DNA of 64,000 bases, from the NCBI GenBank assembly GCA_013816255.1, contig JACDET010000001.1, positions 67,968 through 131,967 on the forward strand, given 5' to 3'. A model generated the notes under the pieces. That model was not told the DNA's origin. It was given only the letters and a program-made list of their open reading frames with translations, and made no database searches. Made by a program: the position numbers and the translations under genes. Shown here in pieces: positions 48,376-56,815 of this stretch; position 1 is the stretch's first letter, and each line of letters starts with the position of its first letter. Source of the stretch: Candidatus Levyibacteriota bacterium. Its GTDB lineage: Bacteria > Patescibacteriota > Microgenomatia > Levybacterales > UBA12049.

Positions 48376-49986
48376 ATGGAAATACAATTACTTACATATC
48401 TCATAGTTTTCTCCGGTGTAGTTAATCTACTCCGTATGTCTCTCTTTTTGATCGGGTCAGATATTTATAACATCATGGCTGCGAAACACAAAAAGACTAC
48501 CATTCCAGCTACAGCTCTTCCATCCTTTTCAGTTGTTATTCCCGCACGAAATGAAGAAGGAACAGTCGTCCGTGCAATAGAGTCTGTACTAAGCAGTAAT
48601 TATCCAAAAGATCGCATACAGATCATCGTAGTTGATGATGGTTCTACAGATAATACTGGTACAAACGTACAAAACTATATAGCTTCCCAGAAAGATACTG
48701 TAATAACATTGGTACAGCAAAAAAACGCTGGAAAAGCACATGCGTTAAATAACGGTATTAAGAATCATGCCAAAGGAGACTTGGTTATGTGTTTGGACGC
48801 TGATTCTTTTATCAAAAAAGACGCCTTACAAAAAGCTGCAAAACACTTCACTGATCCAAAAGTTGTGGCAATGTCTTCAAATGTAAAGATTATTGAAAGA
48901 CCGGGGCTTTTGAACTTTATCCAACGATACGAATACCTTGTCTGTTATCAAATGAAGCGGGCAGAAAGTCTTTTGAATTGTGAATATATTATTGGTGGTA
49001 TTGGTTCTGTTTTCCGCAGGACTACGTTGGAACAGATCAATTATTATGACACCAATACAGTTACCGAAGATATTGACATCACAATGAAAGTGATAAATCT
49101 AGGAAACAAAGAAAACAAAGTTACGTATGGTTCAGATGTCGTAACATATACGGAAAGTGTTATGAATATTCCTGATTTGATCAAGCAGCGATACCGATGG
49201 AAATGGGGACGATGTCAAACTTTCTTCAAAAACAGATCAATGTTTTTTAGTCGTGATATGAAATTCACAAAGAGTCTGACTATGTTTTATCTTCCACTCG
49301 CGATTTTGGGGGACATAATGTACTTTTTGGAACCGTTACTTTTAACATATATTATTACCATATCAATTGTATACCAAGATCCATCTGCACTGATCAATGC
49401 TTGGATCGTGATCTCTTCATACATGATCTTGAATATTTTGGCTGAAGATACGTATTCACAAAAAGAAAAAGCAAAGTATATCTTGGGTGCGCCATTTATG
49501 TACGGTTTGTTATATATTTTAAGTTTTGTAGAATATATCGCTTTGATCAAATCATTAAGCAAACTGCACAAAATAAAAGAAAGCCTCTCTAATACCAAAA
49601 CAGATTGGGTGCGCGTCGACCGACATAGAGAAAATATCTCATACACGCCAGCATTTGGAAGGTGGACAATGCAGTTAGTATTAATTTTGGTTGCGTTTCT
49701 CTTTGCGTTTGCTGGGATGTTCACATATGTACAAATTGATAAAATTGTACAAGCAAGTACGACAATGAAGACATATACACACCCAAAACAGATAGAAATA
49801 ATAACTCCAAAACCAGAACAGTTAGTATCTCTGCACGTTGTACAAAATGGTGAAACTCTTTGGAAAATTTCAAAGAAATACTACGGTAAAGGAGCGCTTT
49901 GGAAAAATTTGAAAGTTGCAAACGCAAACACAAAACTTCGTCCTGGTGATATAGTTGAAGTCCCCCCATTAGAAACTATAAAATAA
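48376..49986 (+). CDS. Processive GT2 polysaccharide synthase (PgaC/IcaA-like) fused to a C-terminal LysM domain
   Basis: DDGSTD, GKAHALN, DAD, TED, QRYRW; TMs; HVVQNGETLWKISKKYYG...W...LRPG. Confidence 0.88.
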   Translation: MEIQLLTYLIVFSGVVNLLRMSLFLIGSDIYNIMAAKHKKTTIPATALPSFSVVIPARNEEGTVVRAIESVLSSNYPKDRIQIIVVDDGSTDNTGTNVQNYIASQKDTVITLVQQKNAGKAHALNNGIKNHAKGDLVMCLDADSFIKKDALQKAAKHFTDPKVVAMSSNVKIIERPGLLNFIQRYEYLVCYQMKRAESLLNCEYIIGGIGSVFRRTTLEQINYYDTNTVTEDIDITMKVINLGNKENKVTYGSDVVTYTESVMNIPDLIKQRYRWKWGRCQTFFKNRSMFFSRDMKFTKSLTMFYLPLAILGDIMYFLEPLLLTYIITISIVYQDPSALINAWIVISSYMILNILAEDTYSQKEKAKYILGAPFMYGLLYILSFVEYIALIKSLSKLHKIKESLSNTKTDWVRVDRHRENISYTPAFGRWTMQLVLILVAFLFAFAGMFTYVQIDKIVQASTTMKTYTHPKQIEIITPKPEQLVSLHVVQNGETLWKISKKYYGKGALWKNLKVANANTKLRPGDIVEVPPLETIK

Positions 49987-50173
49987 ATCCTTCTCTGTTT
50001 TTGTGCAATCGTTTTATCCATTATTACTGATTCATTGAAAAGTCAGATTCTCGAAGGACTTTCGGCATGATGAATAGAGCAGACACACAAACAGCACAGC
50101 TACAAATTTGCTGATGTAAGCACGCATAGCATCATGTATACTTTAGTAATAACCAGTATTTCCCAATGCAATA

Positions 50174-50467
50174 CTGCTCAAATCTATTCCCAAAATCACC
50201 AAACAACATTCACATCAAATCCTCAAATATCTTATTTACATCTGTTCTGTCTGCGGCCCAATACTCACCCTCCCGCAAATCTATTACATATGGTTACATA
50301 AAAGCGCTGATGGTGTCGTCATTCTTTCTTGGATAGGATATTTATTGATTGCAATTGTTTGGACAATCTATGGCATAACCTACAAACAAAAGATCGTTGC
50401 TTTAAGTAGTGCACTTTGGATCATTGTTGAAAGCGTGGTAATAATGCAAGCTATGATGTATGCGTAG
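50174..50467 (+). CDS. SemiSWEET/PQ-loop transporter; no ATG/GTG/TTG start (CTG start or frameshifted)
   Basis: Frame open 50153-50467: ...GPILTLPQIYYIWLHKSADGV..LSW.......W.IYG...; three TMs. Confidence 0.7.
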   Translation: MLKSIPKITKQHSHQILKYLIYICSVCGPILTLPQIYYIWLHKSADGVVILSWIGYLLIAIVWTIYGITYKQKIVALSSALWIIVESVVIMQAMMYA

Positions 50468-50472
50468 AAGGT

Positions 50473-50844
50473 TTATGCAGCTTTTTCGTCTACCTGAAAG
50501 ATTCCAAATGTATTTCCTTGTCCATCTATATAGTATCCCTGCCAACATTTCCCAGGAATAGCAAACTTTGGAAGCGCTTCGATGCCACCGAGTGAAAAAA
50601 TCTTTTTTTCCGTTGCATCATAATCCTCAACTTCCATGGACACAACAAATGCATTCGTCCCACCTGGATGTTCAGACACAGGCCGTTTCAAAATAGCACC
50701 ACCAATTCCTTCAGTCTCAATCCGCCAATATTCAATAGGTATATTCACGTCCCGAGTACATTTCCATCCAAAAACTTCCGTATAAAACTTTACTAAAGCC
50801 CCCGGATCATCTGCCTGAATTTCAAAGTACATTGGGTTATTCAT
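50473..50844 (-). CDS. VOC/glyoxalase family protein
   Basis: FEI.ADD, FY..VFGW, IPG..W..Y.D..GN.FG. Confidence 0.9.
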   Translation of the reverse strand: MNNPMYFEIQADDPGALVKFYTEVFGWKCTRDVNIPIEYWRIETEGIGGAILKRPVSEHPGGTNAFVVSMEVEDYDATEKKIFSLGGIEALPKFAIPGKCWQGYYIDGQGNTFGIFQVDEKAA

Positions 50845-50894
50845 AGAAAAAGTATAGCATAAAAAAGAACCAATGCGGCAACAAATGTGATACT

Positions 50895-51182
50895 ATGTAT
50901 ATGAACACTATGGATCTGCAAACATTACAAACAGTCTACTATTCTATGAGCATTGTCTTTATGACGCTCGCGCTTGTAGCAGTCATTGCATTAATCATCG
51001 TTGGTGTCAAACTCCTCATGAAACTAAATAAGATTCACAATCAAATTGAGGATATCCTAACCGAATTCCAAAACAATCCAAGTGGAAAAGCAACTGAAGT
51101 ATTACTAAACGTCGGCAAAGGCCTCGCAAATGCAGGAGCTAGAAAAGTCCGCGACTTTATCGAGGAAAAGAAAAGAGTTTAG
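50895..51182 (+). CDS. Small single-TM hypothetical protein
   Basis: Hydrophobic helix plus coiled-coil-like tail. Confidence 0.65.
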   Translation: MYMNTMDLQTLQTVYYSMSIVFMTLALVAVIALIIVGVKLLMKLNKIHNQIEDILTEFQNNPSGKATEVLLNVGKGLANAGARKVRDFIEEKKRV

Positions 51183-51202
51183 AGTGTGGTAAAATCTCTA
51201 TT

Positions 51203-51745
51203 ATGAAAGAGCTTTTACGGCCTGAGATTATCAAAGGAAAATCTATCATTACCACGCTCAATGAAGACAACAAAGATTACGGATACAATTTACTATTTCA
51301 CGGCCGCAAAACCCCATCTTCAGAGTTAGTTCCAGCAAAGACTTATTGGAAATATAGAGAACAACTATACCCCGATAGTGGTGAACCTGTTATATGCGCA
51401 TCAAATAACGCTTTAATTGCAGTTTTCATGGCAATAGCCCCAAGAGATATAGCACCGTTTGGGTATAAAGGGAATGAAGAAGGAGGGATTAATTTCTATC
51501 GTGATACATCAATGGAAAATGAATTTAGACTAGGAAGTGGATTTGTAGCAACATTAGACAGTGAAGGATTCGAAGTATTCAATGGTAGCGCTCCTCATGG
51601 TTGGCCAGGAAAACATGTCAAGAGAGTTCCTGAAATGAGATCTACATCTACGGCACTGCCACTCTTCAATGTAGAAGTAACCTACCATGATTTTGAAGAG
51701 TTATTAGCTGTACAAAACAGAAGCGTTCTTTTACCCTACAAATAA
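51203..51745 (+). CDS. Hypothetical protein
   Basis: Leaderless ORF containing LFHG; no firm family. Confidence 0.6.
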   Translation: MKELLRPEIIKGKSIITTLNEDNKDYGYNLLFHGRKTPSSELVPAKTYWKYREQLYPDSGEPVICASNNALIAVFMAIAPRDIAPFGYKGNEEGGINFYRDTSMENEFRLGSGFVATLDSEGFEVFNGSAPHGWPGKHVKRVPEMRSTSTALPLFNVEVTYHDFEELLAVQNRSVLLPYK

Positions 51746-51761
51746 ATTTATAAGTACGACG

Positions 51762-52421
51762 TTAATTAGTTTTCTTAATATAAGAATCAGTAATTTCATC
51801 CAGAGATGTTATTACCTTATCCGCCAATGAAGTATCTTGTCGCTTTGCTTTATGGTTCTCAATTGCGATACATAGACAACCTGCGGCTTTTGCAGATGTA
51901 ATACCAGTCGTCGCATCTTCAACAACTATGCATTCTTCAGGATCTAAACCAAGCTTCTTAATGACGGTCAAATAAGTTTCTGGATGCGGTTTGCCATTTG
52001 TTATCTCACTTCCCATTACAATGACTTCAAAGTAATCTTTTATCAGTAATCCATCTAACGCCAATGTTATATACGGATCAACTTGTGATGTCCCGATAGC
52101 CAACCTGTACCCGTCTTTCTTCAATCCCTCAAGACAAACAGTAAGTCCTGGCATCCCATGCAAATCAGACCGTAAAAGATCCATAAAGATATCTGTTTTC
52201 TGCTTGAGTAATGTTTCAGCGTCGATGGACAAATGCAGTTCCTCAACCATATCTTCAGCATTCTTAAGAGGCTTCCTCCCTGCTATAGAATTCTGGAGTC
52301 CTTCCGAAAGATCTTCCAAACTAAAGTCATAGAAACGCAAAGCTTTATCCCATGCCAAAACATGCAAAGGTTCCGAGTCAACCAAAGTCCCATCAACATC
52401 AAAGATTACAGCTTTTATCAT
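51762..52421 (-). CDS. HAD-superfamily phosphatase (beta-PGM-like)
   Basis: FDVDGTLVDSE, GKPHPE, VEDA..G. Confidence 0.9.
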   Translation of the reverse strand: MIKAVIFDVDGTLVDSEPLHVLAWDKALRFYDFSLEDLSEGLQNSIAGRKPLKNAEDMVEELHLSIDAETLLKQKTDIFMDLLRSDLHGMPGLTVCLEGLKKDGYRLAIGTSQVDPYITLALDGLLIKDYFEVIVMGSEITNGKPHPETYLTVIKKLGLDPEECIVVEDATTGITSAKAAGCLCIAIENHKAKRQDTSLADKVITSLDEITDSYIKKTN

Positions 52422-52460
52422 AGGAGAATTATAGCAGAGTTAATTTATATGGAATAAATA

Positions 52461-52880
52461 CTAATACTCTAACGAAAGTAATAATTGCTTCTCATTGAAT
52501 GTGATGGTTTTAAAGTATTTAAAGAAACCATCTCTTCCTAATAATGGAATTTTTTGGTGATAACTAAAGTGAGCTTCAGTAGTTACCTTTCTTCTACCAA
52601 CATACAATGATACATTATGTTTATACGCTTCTATACGTATATTTCCAATTCCCATATGTGTAACTTTTTCACCTTTTTTAATATCCAAACCGAGATGCTC
52701 TCCTATTGTTGCTGGTAATAAATTAAAATCAGCACCTGAATCAACAACGCATTCTATAGTGTTGGGATAAATTTTATGCTTAGCACTCACTCTAATAGCA
52801 ATAATTGGTCGATAAATAGCAACAAGTTTTTTGTTCTTTATATGAGGATAAGCAAAATAATCAAACTTTATTACAGGCAT
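52461..52880 (-). CDS. Retropepsin-like aspartyl protease
   Basis: VDSGAD catalytic motif; LLGR..FF. Confidence 0.85.
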   Translation of the reverse strand: MPVIKFDYFAYPHIKNKKLVAIYRPIIAIRVSAKHKIYPNTIECVVDSGADFNLLPATIGEHLGLDIKKGEKVTHMGIGNIRIEAYKHNVSLYVGRRKVTTEAHFSYHQKIPLLGRDGFFKYFKTITFNEKQLLLSLEY

Positions 52881-53068
52881 ACTGGAGATAATACGGTATC
52901 TATAGGCGGGATATAATGAATAGCTAAACCTTCAATATGTTGCTTTTCAAGTTCTTTCTGTAAAGTTTCAAGATTATTGTTTGATGCAAAAACCTTTGTG
53001 TTATCTTGAGATATTGCTATGTATTGGTCAGAGTATTGAGCTAATTCTTGTAAACTTATTAATTTCAT
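52871..53068 (-). CDS. DUF5678-like small protein
   Basis: Y..QYIA.....V.AS...L; overlaps the protease start. Confidence 0.7.
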   Translation of the reverse strand: MKLISLQELAQYSDQYIAISQDNTKVFASNNNLETLQKELEKQHIEGLAIHYIPPIDTVLSPVCL

Positions 53069-53152
53069 ATATAGATGATACCACATTATGTCAATTTATT
53101 AAAAACAATAATGTAAAAATTAGGTATTAAATTAAACGATTTGAGGACATAG

Positions 53153-55390
53153 TTAGATATACTTACTCGTCAAAGAATCTTTTGCAGATTTAAGCTCTTT
53201 CGGTGTTCCCTCAAACATCACTTCCCCACCCTTCGATCCCCCTTCAGGACCCATGTCTATGATCCAATCGGCATTGCGGATTACATCCAGATTGTGTTCG
53301 ATGACTATTACTGTATTGCCACTGTCTACCAAACGGTTCATGATGTCCAGGAGATGCGTGATGTCACTCATATGGAGACCAGTTGTCGGTTCGTCCATGA
53401 CGTAAATGCTTCCTTTTTTATGCAGTTCACTTGCCAGTTTAATTCTCTGACATTCTCCCCCAGACAATGTGTTCAATGGTTGTCCCAGTGTCAGATAATC
53501 CAAACCGACATCCCGCATTGCTTCCAGCTTGCGGAGGATTTCCTGGATACTGAAGAACTCCAAGGCTTGTTCTATGTTCATACCCAAAACATCAGCGATT
53601 GATTTGCCATGGTATTTGTACGCGAGGACTTCGTCTTTGAAACGCTTTCCCATACACACGTCACATGGTGTTTTGACACCTTCCAGAAATGCGAGGTCTG
53701 TATAGACGACGCCTTGTCCTTGGCAATTCTCACAAGCACCTTTGGAATTGAAACTAAAAAGACCAGGTTGGACTTTGTTTGCTGTGGCAAAGGCTTTACG
53801 AACATCATCCATGATTCCTGTGTATGTCGCGGGATTTGATCTAGAATTTGCTCCGACTGCTGATTGGTCGATGACTATTGCGTCAGGATGTTGTTTGAGA
53901 AAGACTTGATGGATAAGAGAACTTTTACCGGAACCAGCGACGCCAGTGATTGCAGTCAAAACTCCTGTTGGGATATCGACGCTGACGTTTTGGAGATTGT
54001 TTTTGTTTGCATTGACGATCGGTAATTTGCCGCGATGTGTACGGAATGTGTCTTTAATTGGCATCTGCTTATTTAAATGTTTACCTGTCAGGGTATCGGC
54101 TTTCAAGAGCTCTTGGTATGTTCCTTCAAAGACGATCTTTCCTCCATGGATACCAGCTTTTGGTCCGACATCGACGACATGATCGGCGGCTTTGATGACG
54201 TCGGGATCGTGTTCGACGACGATGACAGTGTTGCCTTTGTCCCGGAGCTTTTTGAGTAAATCATTGAGACGGTGCACGTCTCTTGGATGGAGCCCCACAC
54301 TTGGTTCATCGAAAATATAAATGACATCCATAAGACTGCCACTCAAATGCTTCACCATCTTGATGCGCTGGGATTCTCCGCCTGAGAGCGTATCGGTTTC
54401 ACGGTTGAGACTGAGATAACCGAGGCCGATATCGATCACATAGCGCAACCGTTCAGTTAACGTTTTGAGCATTGATGCAGCTTTGGGATCATTGATCTCT
54501 TCGATCACTTTAATGAGTTCAGTTATTTCCATCGCGGAGAGCTCGGCGATATTTTTCCCATCTATTTTACAATCCAGAACCTTCTGATTGAGTCGCGCAC
54601 CGTGACATGCATGGCAAGGACCAAATTCTAAATATGGCGCAACCATTTTTTGTGTTCGTTCAGATAATGTTTTCAGATCTCGCTTTATGTATGACCTTGT
54701 AAGCTTTTCTACGACTCCGAGATACGTTGCATTCATTGTGCCGCTACCGATTTGGAGTTTGAATTTACGGTCTTTGCCATGCATTAGAAGATCCATTTCC
54801 TCTTTGCTATAATCCTTCAGCTTTTTATCATTATCAAAAAATCCTGATCCTTTATAACTCTCTTTTTCCCAACCAGAAAATAATGGCACTTGCACAGCAT
54901 CTTCATTAAGTGATTTTTCCATATCGAGAAAGCCTTCAGTATTGATGCCGATTTTGCGCCCCAAACCATTACATTCCAAACACATCCCCGCAGGATCGTT
55001 AAATGAAAAGACATTGGAATATCCTGCGTTTGGTTGACCGATACGAGAGAACAACAAACGCAAAACTGTATAAATATCTGTAATCGTTCCCATTGTCGAA
55101 TGTGATCCGCCGCCCATTCTTTTTTGATCGACAACAATCGCCATACTTATATTCTCAATCGAATCAGCTTCAGGTTGAGAATATTTTGGGAGGAATCCGC
55201 GGATGAACATACTAAAGGTTTCGTACTCCTGCCGCTTTGCTTCTGTCGCAATGGTATCAAAAACAATTGAAGATTTTCCCGATCCAGAGACACCGGTGAA
55301 GATGGTGATTTTGCGCTTTGGAATCTGGAGAGTTACATCTTGCAGATTATTTTCGCGTGCACCTTTGATGATAATATATTCTTGTTGCAT
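53153..55390 (-). CDS. Class II UvrA (UvrA2/DrrC-like ABC ATPase)
   Basis: Two ABC modules (GVSGSGKSS, LSGGE), Zn fingers; 745 aa, lacks the UvrB-binding insert. Confidence 0.9.
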   Translation of the reverse strand: MQQEYIIIKGARENNLQDVTLQIPKRKITIFTGVSGSGKSSIVFDTIATEAKRQEYETFSMFIRGFLPKYSQPEADSIENISMAIVVDQKRMGGGSHSTMGTITDIYTVLRLLFSRIGQPNAGYSNVFSFNDPAGMCLECNGLGRKIGINTEGFLDMEKSLNEDAVQVPLFSGWEKESYKGSGFFDNDKKLKDYSKEEMDLLMHGKDRKFKLQIGSGTMNATYLGVVEKLTRSYIKRDLKTLSERTQKMVAPYLEFGPCHACHGARLNQKVLDCKIDGKNIAELSAMEITELIKVIEEINDPKAASMLKTLTERLRYVIDIGLGYLSLNRETDTLSGGESQRIKMVKHLSGSLMDVIYIFDEPSVGLHPRDVHRLNDLLKKLRDKGNTVIVVEHDPDVIKAADHVVDVGPKAGIHGGKIVFEGTYQELLKADTLTGKHLNKQMPIKDTFRTHRGKLPIVNANKNNLQNVSVDIPTGVLTAITGVAGSGKSSLIHQVFLKQHPDAIVIDQSAVGANSRSNPATYTGIMDDVRKAFATANKVQPGLFSFNSKGACENCQGQGVVYTDLAFLEGVKTPCDVCMGKRFKDEVLAYKYHGKSIADVLGMNIEQALEFFSIQEILRKLEAMRDVGLDYLTLGQPLNTLSGGECQRIKLASELHKKGSIYVMDEPTTGLHMSDITHLLDIMNRLVDSGNTVIVIEHNLDVIRNADWIIDMGPEGGSKGGEVMFEGTPKELKSAKDSLTSKYI

Positions 55391-55493
55391 AGTGGAGAAT
55401 TAATAGATTATATACTTCTCTCAAACCATTTTGCAAATAGTGTAAAGTTATTTCGGGAATGATTGGTGCATCAGTGAGTAACCAATCAAAGAT

Positions 55494-56318
55494 TTAATGC
55501 TTTTTGAAGAAGTCCCATACTTCCTCAGTGGTAAAAATAGGCTTGTTAAGAAGCAATGCAACAGATTCTCTTTTTCTTCCAAACCACAAGTGCTTACCGT
55601 CATAAATCTCATAAAATGCCACTTCATTTCGGCCTTCACTATCTGAATAAATAGTTTTATCATAGAATTTCTCTTTAGAAACGTACTCTTGTGTAGATTT
55701 ATTATTCGATTTCCAAAAATTTACAGTTTCTGTGACCGATGCATATCCACCTCCACCAGTAAATGGAATTGTCCTATCTGCCCTCCCATTCATAATGAGT
55801 ATGGGGACGGGAAAGCCTTTGTTCTGCAAATAAGCTGTGTCGCTTCCAATACATCCTGCAATAGCAGCTATCGCTGCAACTTTGGCATGCAAGTGTGTTC
55901 CCAAAAGATGTGCGAACATAGCGCCGTTTGAAAACCCTGCTATGTAGACTTTTTTTGTGTCAACAGCATACTGTGTACTTACTTCATCCAATAACTGATC
56001 TATGAATGCGACGTCATCACTATGTGCACGTGCTGCAGCACCACAACAAAATCCAGCACTCCATGAAAGATGCCGGTCATGCGTATCGCTTAATCCTTTG
56101 GGATACACAACGATAAATTTCTCTTTATCAGCTTTTCGACTCATCCCGGAATACAATTCCATAAGACGGGGACTATCTGAATAACCATGCAGCATAACGA
56201 CTAATGGATATTTTTTATTGTTATCATAGCCTGAAGGAAAATGCACAAAATAACTTCTCTCTGTATCTTGAAAAGTTATAGCTTTTTTAAATGTTCTCAA
56301 TGGAATTAAATGTAACAT
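55494..56318 (-). CDS. PHB-depolymerase/LpqC-like alpha/beta esterase
   Basis: LVVMLHG, VVYP.G, W.AG.CCG, DDVAFI, GFSNGA, G..D, H.W. Confidence 0.85.
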   Translation of the reverse strand: MLHLIPLRTFKKAITFQDTERSYFVHFPSGYDNNKKYPLVVMLHGYSDSPRLMELYSGMSRKADKEKFIVVYPKGLSDTHDRHLSWSAGFCCGAAARAHSDDVAFIDQLLDEVSTQYAVDTKKVYIAGFSNGAMFAHLLGTHLHAKVAAIAAIAGCIGSDTAYLQNKGFPVPILIMNGRADRTIPFTGGGGYASVTETVNFWKSNNKSTQEYVSKEKFYDKTIYSDSEGRNEVAFYEIYDGKHLWFGRKRESVALLLNKPIFTTEEVWDFFKKH

Positions 56319-56410
56319 AATTACTAAAATTGTGATTGCTATTAATTATACCTAATGACAAGTTGTCTTTGTAAATGAAGAGAGTACTAGTTTTTATATA
56401 CCAACCTTTA

Positions 56411-56782
56411 CTAATCAGCTTTACCTACATATTTAGCAACTATACCGAGAAGATCATCTATCTCAAAAGGTTTGGCGATAAAATCATCCGCACCTGCTTC
56501 TCTCGCTGACTGCATAATATCGCGACTTGCTGAAATCATAATAATAGGAATATGCTTTGTATGAGGATTGTTTTTTACATACTTACAAATATCTCGCCCA
56601 TCTTGCCCAGACATCCAAATATCCAGGAGAAGCAAATCTGGATATACTTTTTCCATTTTATATATCGTTTCTCCATTTACAGTAACATCAACGTCATAAT
56701 CTTCAAGCTCTAACGTCATCTTTATTGCATCAAGAATTGCTGGGTCATCATCTGCAACGAGTACTTTCTTTGACATAGACAT
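56411..56782 (-). CDS. Stand-alone response regulator receiver (close paralogue of 16154-16531)
   Basis: Shared NGETIYKMEK..PDLLLLDIWMSGQDGR.ICKY. Confidence 0.92.
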   Translation of the reverse strand: MSMSKKVLVADDDPAILDAIKMTLELEDYDVDVTVNGETIYKMEKVYPDLLLLDIWMSGQDGRDICKYVKNNPHTKHIPIIMISASRDIMQSAREAGADDFIAKPFEIDDLLGIVAKYVGKAD

Positions 56783-56815
56783 ACAGTTTACTAAATGTAA
56801 ATAAGAATAAGGTAA

